Assembly: GCF_006345805.1 (NCBI RefSeq)
Contig: NW_021836992.1
Coordinates: 1-22,187 of the forward strand
Direction of reading: 5' to 3'
Origin: Octopus sinensis
Taxonomy: Eukaryota
Length of the DNA stretch: 22,187 nucleotides
In this document: one piece after another, positions 1-10,651 of the stretch
How positions within the stretch are numbered: position 1 is the first letter of the stretch
Layout of the letters: every line of letters starts with the position of its first letter
Made by a program: the position numbers and the translations under genes
Notes under the pieces: model-generated
The model's input: only the letters and a program-made list of their open reading frames with translations
The model's database searches: none
Told to the model about the DNA's origin: nothing

Positions 1-23
1 CTTTGTCTTTGTTTTTCGGTAAT

Positions 24-29
24 TTATAT

Positions 30-88
<59 letters not shown>

Positions 89-173
89 GTATATATATAT
101 ATATTATGTATATATAATATATATGTATATATATATATATGTATATATATATGTATATATATATTATATATTT

Positions 174-229
<56 letters not shown>

Positions 230-237
230 GATATAAT
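24..237. repeat. degenerate (TA)n microsatellite
   Basis: Near-pure TA alternation with occasional TG/TT/AA interruptions. Confidence 0.95.
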
Positions 238-261
238 ATTAGCGCAGCAAATTTCACGCTG

Positions 262-558
262 TGGAGGTGCGTGGCTCGGTGGTTAGAGCGTCAAGCTTAC
301 GATTCTAAGGTTGTGAGTTCGATTCCGGGACCGGGCTGCGTGTTGTGTTCTTGAGCAAGACATTTTATTTCACGTTGCTCCAGTTAACTCAGCTGTAGAA
401 ATGAGTTGCAACGTCACTGATGCCAAGCTGTATCGGCCCCTTTGGCTTTAGGCTGGTATGCATGGACGACTGCAGGCTTTCCACAAAAGACCTTGCCCGG
501 ACTTGTGCCTTCGAGGGTAACCTTCTAGGTGCTATCCCATGGTCATTCATGAGCGAAG
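262..558 (+). mobile_element. tRNA-derived SINE family A (CORE-like), near full length, with 9-bp TSD
   Basis: A-box TGGCTCGGTGG 272-282, B-box GTTCGATTCC 317-326, then a CORE-like stretch (gtgttcttgagcaagaca...cagctgtagaaatgag). TTCACGCTG flanks both ends (253-261, 559-567). Homologous to 12952-13248. Confidence 0.9.
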
Positions 559-788
559 TTCACGCTGATATTTTAATTATTATTATTATGATATAGGGAG
601 TATCATCGGTACATTTCAATATATTGCATAACTAATTTCTGAGAAAAGATTTACAGCTAATTATTTCATGGATTCAAGATATAATTTAATCATGTTTATC
701 GTTAATGTCTCTGTCAATCAATCCAGTCCGGATTAGGATTAAATTAAGCAAGGTAGATATATCGAAAAAAAAAAAAATAGAAGCTATA

Positions 789-1153
789 GGCACAGGAGTG
801 GGTGTGTGGTAAGTAGCTTTCTTACCAGCCACATGGTTCCGGGTTCAGTCCCATTCTGTGGAATCTTGGGCGAGTGTCTTCTACTATAGCTTCGATCCGA
901 CTTAAGCACTGTGAGTGGATTTGGTAGACGGAAACTGAAAGAAGCCCGTCTTATATATATGTGTGTGTATGTGTGTGTGTGTGGGGGGGGTGTCTGTCTA
1001 TGCTTGCCCACTCAACAAATTGCTTGACGACCGATGGAGATGTGTTTCTGCAAAAGAAACCGATAGAATAAATACTAGGCTTACAATGAATGAGTCCTGA
1101 CTAAAAATCGGTGCTCCAGCTTGGTCGCAGTTAAATGACTGAAATAAGTAAAA
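789..1153 (+). mobile_element. tRNA-derived SINE family B, near full length, internal (TA)/(TG) microsatellite
   Basis: Head ggcacaggagtgggtgtgtggtaag, B-box-like gggttcagtccc, internal TA/TG tract at about 952-992, 3' end ggtgctccagcttggtcgcagttaaatgactgaaataagtaaaa. Homologous to 2541-2685, 7488-7833 and 16831-17048. Confidence 0.9.
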
Positions 1154-1312
1154 TATATACATACACCCGCATATATGTATATATATATAAATATATTTAT
1201 GTATACATATGTTATTGTGCGATTTGAAGCGATAATTTGTTATACTTGGAGCCTTCCATAGTAACTTTCTCCCCAACCCTCTAACATACAAAACCTTCTG
1301 CGTTTGTTTACC

Positions 1313-1314
1313 AT

Positions 1315-1392
<78 letters not shown>
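1313..1392. repeat. (TA)n(CA)n microsatellite
   Basis: Direct reading. Confidence 0.95.
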
Positions 1393-1394
<2 letters not shown>

Positions 1395-1865
1395 CTACGT
1401 AATGTACGAATATATATGGAAAGACAGAGGAGGAAAGAGAGAAAGAATGAGAGCCAATCGATACATTACATCTAGCGTGAGAATTATTATTATTATTACA
1501 TCAGATATGCTATGTATAAACAATTGTCACACGTTTTTAGTAAAGTGTTTGCTAACAGGGGACAATAATAAATGAAAAGTAAACAATATAAGTATCAGAA
1601 TTATACATTAACTCTAATGAAATAACAACAATAATAATAATGTTTATAGAGGCGTACAGTTTTAGACTCATAGGCAGACGACATTGCAAAGCTGCTTGTT
1701 TTCTTTGTGTCTTTAACATATTTTTGACTGATATATATTTATCTGTAATAAACAGAATATCGTAGGATAATAGATGTGATAGTTTTGCCGAAATATTTTT
1801 CTCCTTAAAATTCCTGTTATTTGGAGGTGTCGTTGGAATTTCAACATCAGTAACTAGGTATTTTT

Positions 1866-1990
1866 GTATGCATGTATGCATTATGTATGTATGTAATGTA
1901 TGTATGTATGTATGTATCTTTTACCTTTTACTGGTTGCAACCCATTAGATTGCGGCCATATTATATATTATGTATATATATATTATATAT

Positions 1991-2049
<59 letters not shown>

Positions 2050-2111
2050 TATATCTATATATGTACATTATATATATATATAATAATATATATACAATAT
2101 CTATAATATAC

Positions 2112-2142
<31 letters not shown>

Positions 2143-2217
2143 ATATATATATTAATACATATATATACTATATATATATACATTATCTATACTATATATA
2201 TATATATCTACAATTAG

Positions 2218-2258
<41 letters not shown>

Positions 2259-2530
2259 GATATTATATATAATTATAGGTCTATATATACATATATCTAT
2301 ATAATATACATATATATATATATATTATATATAATATATATATATATTATATCTATATACATATCTATATATATATATATATATATTACTATTATAGATA
2401 TATATTATATATATATATATACTATATATATATATATTAGATATATAATATATATATATATATATATTATTATATATATCTATATATATTATATAGACAT
2501 ATACATATATATGTATATACATACATACTT
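1866..2530. repeat. long degenerate (TATG)n/(TA)n tract
   Basis: About 660 bp of TA-rich low complexity, abutting the SINE-B copy at the position of its internal microsatellite. Confidence 0.95.
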
Positions 2531-2540
2531 ATAATTAGCA

Positions 2541-2685
2541 CCGGCTTCTCCAGTTTCCGTCTACGAAATCCACTCATAAGGCTTCTGTCGCCCCGAGGCT
2601 CTAGTAGAAGACACTTGCCCAAGTTGCCACGCAGTGGAACTGAACCCTGAACCATGTGGTTGGGAGCAAGTTTCTTATAACACAG
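2541..2685 (-). mobile_element. SINE family B, 5' half
   Basis: Reverse complement matches about 800-950 (gtggtt...ttcagttccactgcgtggcaacttgggcaagtgtcttctactagagcc...gtagacggaaactg). Confidence 0.85.
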
Positions 2686-2687
2686 TC

Positions 2688-2826
2688 TGAAGCTCTGAGA
2701 TTATGATAATGTTATTGCCTACTTTTAGAACGGCATTGTAGGGTATGCTTGAGAGGTTAGATCAGACCTGTTTGAACAGGAAGAATATTTAGGCCGGATA
2801 TGATCGGTTCTAATGCTAAAGTGTCA
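2688..2826. mobile_element. possible piggyBac-type MITE fragment
   Basis: End aatgctaaagtgtcaa resembles a degenerate ...aaagggTTAA piggyBac-type terminus. The body resembles a common octopus repeat from memory only, and the other terminus is not found. Confidence 0.4.
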
Positions 2827-3146
2827 AAGCGAAGTGAGAGAAGATGACGATGCAATTGTCTGTAAATGCTAATCATGATTCTTCGAGAAGGGAGAGACAA
2901 GTTGGGTTCGTTCTGACCGGATTCGCAAAATCCGGAAAGCACAAGAACAAATAATGTAAGGCATTTAGTTCAGTCCTCAACAATGTCTGTCTCACACCTG
3001 GCATCTTCTCTTTCCTCTAATGCAACAGCGCAATTAATTAAATGGAAACCTAGCGCATTATTTGCGTATAGTTAACGAAATCCCTGTGGAACTTGAACGC
3101 AAAACGAAAGAACAAAACCGGGGGAAAGGAAGGTCGAGTGTGGTAT

Positions 3147-3190
<44 letters not shown>

Positions 3191-3205
3191 AGTGTGTGTG
3201 TGTGA
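3147..3205. repeat. (GA)n, G-run, (TG)n compound microsatellite
   Basis: Direct reading. Confidence 0.95.
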
Positions 3206-3319
3206 GGGATAAGGGGTTGGGTAAAAGTGAGGAAACTAAATATCATTTGGCATTTAGTCCGGTATTATCTCATTTCTGTCAACAACCGGCCTTTCTCAAA
3301 CAATAATGGAAACGGCAAC

Positions 3320-3460
3320 GCTGACGACAACGACGACGGGGGCGACGGTGGTGGTGCTGCTGCTGCTGCTATTACTACTGCTGCTGCTGAATACAATTAC
3401 GATGATTAAGATGATGATGATTAAGATGATGATGATGATGATGGTGTTGATGGTAGCAGT
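3320..3460. repeat. compound trinucleotide tract (GAC/GGT/GCT/GAT)
   Basis: Successive triplet runs. Confidence 0.9.
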
Positions 3461-3514
3461 ACAATGTTTATCTTTGAGGATTCCGATGGGAATTATATGC
3501 CGTAGAGTACACTC

Positions 3515-3640
3515 TTTCTCTCACCCTCTCTCTTTCTCTCTCTCCTTCTCATCTCTCTCCTCCACTCTCTCCCTCACACACACACACACACGCGCGCGCG
3601 CGCACACGCATACACCCTCCCTCTCGCGCTCTCTCTGTTT
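3515..3640. repeat. (CT)n, (CA)n, (CG)n compound microsatellite
   Basis: Direct reading. Alternating purine-pyrimidine tract at 3575-3610. Confidence 0.9.
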
Positions 3641-3763
3641 GTCTTTTACTGTTTTCCTTTTTCTTTTTTTTTTTTTGCTTGTTTTCTTTTCTTTTGGATG
3701 TTTGCCAAGTCTGGGATCGACCGAAAGATCACTTTGCACTCTGTGTGATTTGTAATTATGAAG

Positions 3764-3860
3764 CCAACCGACCGACCGACCAACCAACCAACCAACCAAC
3801 CAACAAACCAGCCAACCAACCAACCAGCCAACCAGCCAGCCAACCAACCAACCAACCAGC
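3764..3860. repeat. (CCGA/CCAA/CCAG)n tetranucleotide tract
   Basis: Direct reading. Confidence 0.95.
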
Positions 3861-4579
3861 CAGTCAGACAGCCAAACGGCAAAAGCAGAATAAACGGTGT
3901 ATGTTGATAGTAAATTCTTACCCCAACTTTTCCTCCTCACCACCAAATTTTATTCGTTTTTTTTTTTTAACCAAAAGGCAAGTCAACGCCGTGACCCGTG
4001 TGTTTACCAACTTTTGAAACCCCCCTATCCAGCCCCCAAGGATTATTCCACCACCCAATCGCCAAAAAAATAAAAAAAGAAACAAAAACTCAACAAACAA
4101 GAAAAAAAAAAACCCATATGACTCAGCCGGTTTTACAGCATAACTTCACGAATAGTTATCTCAATTATTTCAACTAAAAGATTTTCTTTACACGGCCATC
4201 AACCAGTTGAGTCACTCACCAGTCACAAATACTCTTCTACCTACAATCATCTCCAAAATGAAACAGAAAACAAACAGACGTCTACCATTTTTTTTTGGTC
4301 TTTTCTGTTGCTGTTTGTGCTTTGCTTTATTTTGCTGCTTCTTTTTTTTTTACATTTGCTGTTGTTGGTGGTGGTGATGGTAGTGGTGGTAGTGGTGGTA
4401 GTGGTGATGTGAGATTTTTTTTCGTTATTTTGTTGTTGTTGCTGTTGTGGTGGTTGTTATTCTTGTCCACTTCTCATGTTGTTGATTTTGTTTTACATTT
4501 CGAGTGTGCGTGAGAGTGTGTGTGGGTGTTTCTGTGTGTCAGTATGTATATGCACATATTGGTGTATGTACGTATGTAC

Positions 4580-4580
4580 A

Positions 4581-4637
<57 letters not shown>

Positions 4638-4654
4638 GTCTGTCTGTCTGTCTA

Positions 4655-4691
<37 letters not shown>

Positions 4692-4692
4692 A

Positions 4693-4728
<36 letters not shown>

Positions 4729-4760
4729 AGTTCAGTCTATCTGTCTGTCTGTCTATCTAT
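4580..4760. repeat. (TATC)n/(TGTC)n tetranucleotide tract
   Basis: Direct reading. Confidence 0.95.
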
Positions 4761-4770
4761 TTACATACCT

Positions 4771-5002
4771 ATTTTTTTACTACCCACAAGGGGCTAAACA
4801 CAGAGGGGACAAACAAGGACAGACATAGGTATTAAGTCGATTATATCGACCCCAGTGCGTAGCTGGTACTTAATTTATCGACCCCGAAAGGATGAAAGGC
4901 AAAGTTGATCTCGGCGGAATTTGAACTCAGAACGTAACGGCAGACGAAATACGGCTACGCATTTCGCCCGGCGTGCTAACGTTTCTGCCAGCTCGCCGCC
5001 TT
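4771..5002 (-). mobile_element. tRNA-derived SINE family C, full length, tail type 1
   Basis: Reverse complement of 14709-14940 (ggcggcgagctggcagaaacgttagc...gagttcaaattcc...cctttcatcctttcggggtcgataaattaagtacc). Degenerate 14-bp TSD ctatttacatacct 4757-4770 / ctgtttacctacct 5003-5016. Confidence 0.92.
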
Positions 5003-5004
5003 CT

Positions 5005-5106
5005 GTTTACCTACCTACCTACCTACCTACCTATCTATCTACCTATCTATCTATCTATCTATATATGTATATATATATATGTAAGTAATATTTAAATGCG
5101 TATGTA

Positions 5107-5144
<38 letters not shown>
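5005..5144. repeat. (CTAC)n(CTAT)n(TA)n compound tract
   Basis: Direct reading. Confidence 0.9.
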
Positions 5145-5146
<2 letters not shown>

Positions 5147-5215
5147 CAGGGTTGTGCAAAAGTAGGCTTACAGTTATGAAAAAAGAAACACGTACAATAT
5201 TCGTCAATTTTTATT
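5145..5215 (+). mobile_element. possible Tc1/mariner-type element terminus (one TIR)
   Basis: TA followed by CAGGGTTGTGCAAAAGTAGGCTTACAGT at the end of a TA run, typical of Tc1/mariner TIR starts. The partner TIR is not found. Confidence 0.4.
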
Positions 5216-5351
5216 TAAAAAATTGTAAGTTGCGATAGAAGTATTATTATAGTCATGGTGAATGTAATGTTATAATTAATGACACTGAAAATATGAACAA
5301 TGGCGCTAATTTAATGTGCTAATAATTTTAATGAACTAACTATTATAACGT

Positions 5352-5582
5352 ATGTATGTGTGTATGTATGTATGTATGTATGTATGTGTGTATGTATGTA
5401 TGTGTGTATGTATGTATGTGTGTATGTATGTATGTATGTGTGTATGTGTGTATGTATGTATGTGTGTATGTATGTATGTATGTATGTATGTATGTGTGTA
5501 TGTATGTATGTATGTGTGTATGTGTGTATGTATGTATGTATGTGTGTATGTATGTATGTATGTGTGTATGTATGTACGTATG
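5352..5582. repeat. (TATG)n with interspersed TG units
   Basis: Direct reading. Confidence 0.95.
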
Positions 5583-6268
5583 CACATTCAACTGAAATAT
5601 ATGCAATACATATTTTGTAGAGTTCATTAACTTTTAAATGGAAAAGTTTGACAGTGACTTCGAAGCTTCCGCTTGCTCATTTCAATCTTATCAGACATAG
5701 ATATGTGTGTGTGTATGTGCGTGTATGCGCCCGCGTATGTGTGTGTATGCATGTGTGGTACACCATCTTCACTTTGCCAGAAAGGAATACATACGAACAG
5801 TATGCTGCATTTAAAACACTCATTTTTTGTCTTTTTAATATGGCGTATTCTGACTGGATGAAAGCGTTGTAAAGTGAGTTCCTCCCATTGGTGTGATGTG
5901 TGACTGCCGTTGTACTGTAGTTGCTGTTTTACGCCATTAGCCACAATGCTTACTAGTCATCGGATATCGTTTTATCACCTCGTACTGGAATAGTAATACT
6001 CCAACTTCTGTCTTACTATCGCTGATAGCTCTACAAGACGCCAACTAGAACTGTCATTTCGTCTCATTCGATACCCCGACCCCAACGTTTGTTTTGTCTG
6101 TCCTCGTATCGTCCCCTCTTTTTCTCAACCTCATGGTTAATAAAGAAATTGACTAGAACTTTCGACTCTCAACTCTTCGGACTCTCGACCTCCTTCTGAC
6201 GACTGGCTACTGGTCTATTTATAATGTGTTTGCATAAAGAATAGAAACACACTGCTTACTTATGGATT

Positions 6269-7230
6269 GTAAGCGGTACACAAGTGTACAGCAGCCGAAT
6301 TGTTGAAAATGTCTGCTTTATAGATTCGATAAACATACTAATAAGATTCAATTAATCTTTTTTCCAGTCACATGTCTTGGCTTCATTGATTCATAATACC
6401 ATAACTTATCCCTGCTCGATTCTTAAAAAATCGTAGTGCATCGGAGGTGTATACGCAAACCTCAACTATACTAACGATCCTTTTAGTAGTATTTTAGGTC
6501 CCAGGACAAATCAGTCCACTATTCCTTATAGTATTTATTTATTGACAACAAACCACAAAATATATAGATTAGAAGAGGGTCTTTAAATCCGTGCGGTCAC
6601 AAATATATAAATTGGAATAAGGTCCCTAAACTCGTGCGACCCCTGGGGCAATGTCCTTAAGATAGCATTGACTATACTGAGAGAGAGTGGTTGAAAATGT
6701 CTGTCTGCGCTATGTATTCAATAAACATGGAAATAGTAGCAAAGGCTTTTGGAAGTTACGTTTAACCGTCTTAAAGAAAGAAGGGTCCATATTTAATGTG
6801 GTCTTAAATATACTGAGTGTTAAGAAAGAAAAACAAAGAAGACAAAAAGACACAATGGTTATAACTGGATTGTTATCGATCATGGATGAGTTCAACCTGA
6901 CCTTTTCCCGAGTATAAACGACAGCAAAAACGTATTTGAAAATTCTTTGCCCAGAGGTATTTGGAAACTTTCCATAATCCCCAATTTAAATACATTTCTA
7001 GAAAGCTGTACATTTCTTCTTCGTTGACATCCATACTTTTTCCTCGGGCAATCTTCACTCATATCCTCCTATGGCCCCTCAGTAGAATGTTACGTAGATT
7101 GTAAAATAAATGGCAATACGACAGATGCTAATGAGCCAGATATCTCCAAGTATGTCCGCCATTACCGGAAGTAGGCTTGGTTGTTCTGTCTCCATCATTA
7201 ACATACACTTTTTTAAAAATCGATTTCTAT
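6269..7230 (-). pseudogene. probable decayed piggyBac-family transposase (DDE_Tnp_1_7/PGBD-like) remnant
   Basis: Collinear minus-strand peptide pieces across frameshifts and stops: DVNEEEMYSFLEMYLNWGLWKVSKYLW (7031-6951), FAVVYTREKVRLNSSMIDNN (6928-6869), GSHEFRDLIP (6642-6613), HGFK (6593-6582), VYTSDALRFFKNRAGISYGIMNQ (6454-6386), VHLCTAY (6289-6269). They follow the order of piggyBac motifs as I recall them. No TIR or TTAA boundaries found. Confidence 0.5.
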
Positions 7231-7487
7231 GATTGAAAACGCACGTTAGCAATGTTTTTAGATTCTTCTTCATAAAAATACATCTATAAATGGCAAAAGA
7301 ATATCAAACCTCTCTTATTCTTTTTAATAGAGAAGAGCTCTAAACAATGGCGTTCCAGCATGCCCATCCCGTTCTTTTTTACTGACATAGCGCATCCAAT
7401 CTTTTCTTCCTTACGACACAGTATAGAGTGTATGCCGAGGGACATTTGACTGCTATTTGTAGAAGATCGAGTGGATACTTAGTTACT

Positions 7488-7833
7488 TTCTTTAATCTTT
7501 TATCTTTTAATTGCATCAGTCATTATACTGCGGCCATGCTGGGGCACCACCTTAGTCGAACGAATCAACCCCAGTACTTTTTAAAAAAAATTACGCCTGG
7601 TATCTCTTCTATCGTTTACTTTCGCCGAACCGCTAAGTTACAGGGACGTAAGCACATTAACACCGGTTGTCTAGCAGGGTATAAACACAAACACAAAGTT
7701 TAACACACAAACACATGCACATATACACACACATAAATATATGTATACGACAGGCTTCTTTCAGTTTTCGTCTACCAAATCTACCCACAAGGCTTTAGTC
7801 GGCCCTAAGCAATAATAGAAGACACTTGCCCAA
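7488..7833 (-). mobile_element. SINE family B, 5'-truncated, 3' part intact
   Basis: Reverse complement matches about 858-1153 and keeps segments deleted in that copy (acgtccctgtaacttagcggttcgg; ctggggttgattcgttcgact). Confidence 0.88.
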
Positions 7834-8270
7834 AAGTTTAACTGAGATTAAAAAGGTTTGGTTGCTATTGTTAGATTGAAAGGAATATTGTGCAGGTTCA
7901 TTCAAAGCCCCAGTTCTCGGTGCTGTGACAGTTTATTTGTCATATCGGCTGTGCTTTTTAAATGTTTTCGTTTTGGAAACAATATTTTGATAGGGGAACG
8001 TTGTCTATGTTTGTCAAGCGTGACTTTTACTACCATACTAACTGGCTATTAACTCCGACTGCGACTATTGATCTTGTTATGTTGGAGATAAGAATAAATA
8101 AATGACAATGACATCTCTGCATGACAAAAAAAAAAAAAGAAGTTATAAACAATGTTAACACGAATATTGTTCAATACTGGTATGAGGTTTAGGCACAGGT
8201 TCACCCACAGCAACACTCAGTGACAATAATAACAACAACAAAAACAAACGATAACAGCAACAACAATAAT

Positions 8271-8468
8271 AATCCTTTCTAATATAGGTGGATGGTCATC
8301 GACTTAATTACATCGACCCACGTACTCAACTGGTATTTGTTTCATCGACCCCGAAAGGACGTAAGGCAAAGTTAACCTCGGCGGAATTTGAACTCGGAAC
8401 GTGAAGACGGACGAAATACCGCTAAGTATTTCGTCTAGCGTGCTAACAATTCTGCCAGCTCGCTACCT
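8271..8468 (-). mobile_element. SINE family C
   Basis: catcgaccccgaaaggacgtaaggcaaagttaacctcggcggaatttgaactcgg...tgctaacaattctgccagctcgc matches the other C copies. Confidence 0.9.
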
Positions 8469-8469
8469 T

Positions 8470-8535
8470 AATAGTAATAGTAATAATAAAATAATAATAA
8501 TAATAATAATAATAAAATAATAATAATAATAATAA
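8470..8535. repeat. (AAT)n tract, probable 3' tail of the adjacent LINE
   Basis: Directly follows AATAAA (minus strand, 8546-8541). Confidence 0.85.
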
Positions 8536-9322
8536 TTTCATTTATTTGGCACAAGGCGAAGGATGAGGGGAAAGAATTCAAAGACACGCATAAAATGTGT
8601 GTGTGGGGGGAGGGTTACATAAAATGAAATGATAAACAAAAGGAATGAAATAAATTAAGTATATATGGTATATACTGAAAAGAAGGGACATATGCACAAC
8701 ATACAAAGATTAAAGAAAAAAGTGGCGGGGAGGATGATAGAGATGTAGCCCTCCTGATACAGGAAGGTCTCAAGTGATAATCGAGGAACTCCACTGTCTG
8801 AGATTTCCCTGAAAATCCCAGAGCAAGTGCCTTCTCCAATTCCTTCTCTCCAACTCACAGGTCTACGCTTAAAGAGGTACCATCTACTCTTGCCATGTTC
8901 GCAACTTTCACCCACCTTTCAGTAAACTCACTCGAAGACAACACTTCGCTCTCCACTCTCACTTTTCTTCTCTAGTGAAACTTAAAGAAGTCAATGAGAG
9001 CTCTACCAAAGTGGAATGTATCTGTCCTCATGTCTTTCAGCCTTGTCCACCAAGCAACATTTTTCGTCACAGCCACCAGGCAAAAGAAAACTGATTTGCC
9101 AGCCCGACTGCCGGAGGGCGGTGGTGCGATCATCCCTATAAGCTCCGCCGACAGACGGATCTGTCCAACAGGTGACAGCAACTGTTCGACATAACACCAC
9201 AAGTCAGTAATGCCTAGACACTGAACGAAATCGTGCAGAATGGTTTCGTCACTCTGCGCGCACCTCCGGAACAGACTAGCCAGTTCGTTCTCGTCGACGC
9301 CCAGAGTCTCTCAGACTGGAAA
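8536..9322 (-). mobile_element. L1/Tx1-type non-LTR retrotransposon, 5'-truncated (ORF2 C-terminus plus 3' UTR)
   Basis: One minus frame reads FRRCAQSDETILHDFVQCLGITDLWCYVEQLL...FFCLVAVTKNVAWWTR...LIDFFKFH*RRKVRVESEVLSSSEFTERWVKVANMARVDGTSLSVDL* (stop 8857-8855). This is a degenerate CCHC knuckle (first Cys lost) with the LW, K..xW and F..RW motifs of L1/Tx1 ORF2 ends, plus one internal stop. About 310 nt of UTR, AATAAA and an (ATT)n tail follow. Confidence 0.8.
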
Positions 9323-9597
9323 ATGAACCTAAATTTGAAAAACTTTTAATTGTTTTGAAATGAATTTATTTACTTATATATATAACAAACTAGTTTCAAC
9401 AATATTTTATGTTTATCAATGATAAAAATTTAGAATTAAGAATTAGAAAAACATGTTTAAAAGTTTCGATGTTGACAAGTTTAAATGTTGATAACAGACA
9501 AATTTCGAATTATAAGTACGAGGATTTCCTTCTGAGATTAGGATGAAAATCCTCGCCACTGTAGTCGTGAAGGTGTGAAATTTCCATTTTCTTCATT

Positions 9598-9712
9598 AAC
9601 GACGATGACGACGACGACAACGATGATGATGATTAGCAGGATCAAGTTGAGGAAGAGGAGGATAACAATAACAACAACAACAACAACAATAATAATAATA
9701 GTAATAATAATT
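9598..9712. repeat. compound trinucleotide tract (GAC/GAT/AAC/AAT)
   Basis: Direct reading. Confidence 0.85.
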
Positions 9713-9786
9713 TCTCTTAGATTTGTATTTTTATCTTTTATTTCCATGGTTTAAATTATAATTATATATATATATATATATATATA

Positions 9787-10423
9787 TACGAGCAAAACGC
9801 CCCACCCCCCCGTCCAATGGATGGTGCTGAGTTGTCAAACATTTAAACCAAATTTTTCTCAAAACAACTTGTCCGACCGTTCCATAGGCCTCCCCTTTGA
9901 GAAACACTGATTTAACCTAAATTTGAGACACCAGCAAAAAAAAATAAAGATAGACTTTTTTTCTATTCCAAAGAAAAACGATTTTTTCATACAAATATGC
10001 AACCGAAGAATTTAAAACACCAGTAATAACAATGCTATTGACTGGGAGAACACAAACATGGTTTAAACAGTACTTTTCATTAAACAGTACTTTTCATAAT
10101 TAAGCATGCCTTTATTTCAATAATATTGAAGAAAATATCTCTTTTACATCTCACGTTTTTGGTCTCTTAAATATTACTGCATTTTGTGGTATTATTTCAA
10201 GCCACCCGGCTTTTTTTTTTGCACAAACTGCACGTGCATTTTTTCGCGTACGCGTAGTATCGATCGCACGGCTTTATCGATCGTATCCTCACCTGGAATC
10301 GATGTTTGTAATTTTTTGAAGACTTATACACGCCCTGATACCGTTGGTATCTCCATATCAAATTTGAGCGCAATCGGATGGAGGATACCCGAGATCCTAG
10401 AAGACAGACACAACGGATTTAAT

Positions 10424-10426
<3 letters not shown>
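9787..10426 (-). mobile_element. possible non-autonomous Helitron/HINE-like element
   Basis: Bounded by TA runs. The left end tacgag is one change from tactag (CTAG 3' end on minus), with hairpin ccgtcc-aat-ggatgg at 9810-9824. The right end atcaaatttgagcgcaatcggatg...acagacaca resembles Helitron-derived short repeats, and there are internal palindromes. Confidence 0.45.
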
Positions 10427-10468
<42 letters not shown>

Positions 10469-10619
10469 TATATATTTTATATATTTATTTATATTACTTT
10501 ATATATATATATATATATTATTATATTTATATATACTTTATATATATATTATATGTATATATTTATATATACTTTATATATATATATGTATGCATGTATG
10601 TATATATATATATATATAT

Positions 10620-10651
<32 letters not shown>

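Noticed and set aside
263-336. tRNA-like sequence with A/B boxes and a possible ACG anticodon
   Set aside because: No proper acceptor stem. It continues into a SINE body flanked by a TSD, so it is a SINE head rather than a tRNA gene.
3227-3409. ORF with NNNGNG/DDGG/AAAAA low-complexity peptide
   Set aside because: Compound triplet microsatellite with no domain or splice evidence.
6440-6760. RT-like words KAFATIS, PQGS and FA(Y)T on the minus strand
   Set aside because: Spacing is inconsistent with a LINE RT (KAF to PQG only about 33 codons), and the piggyBac interpretation explains more of the region.
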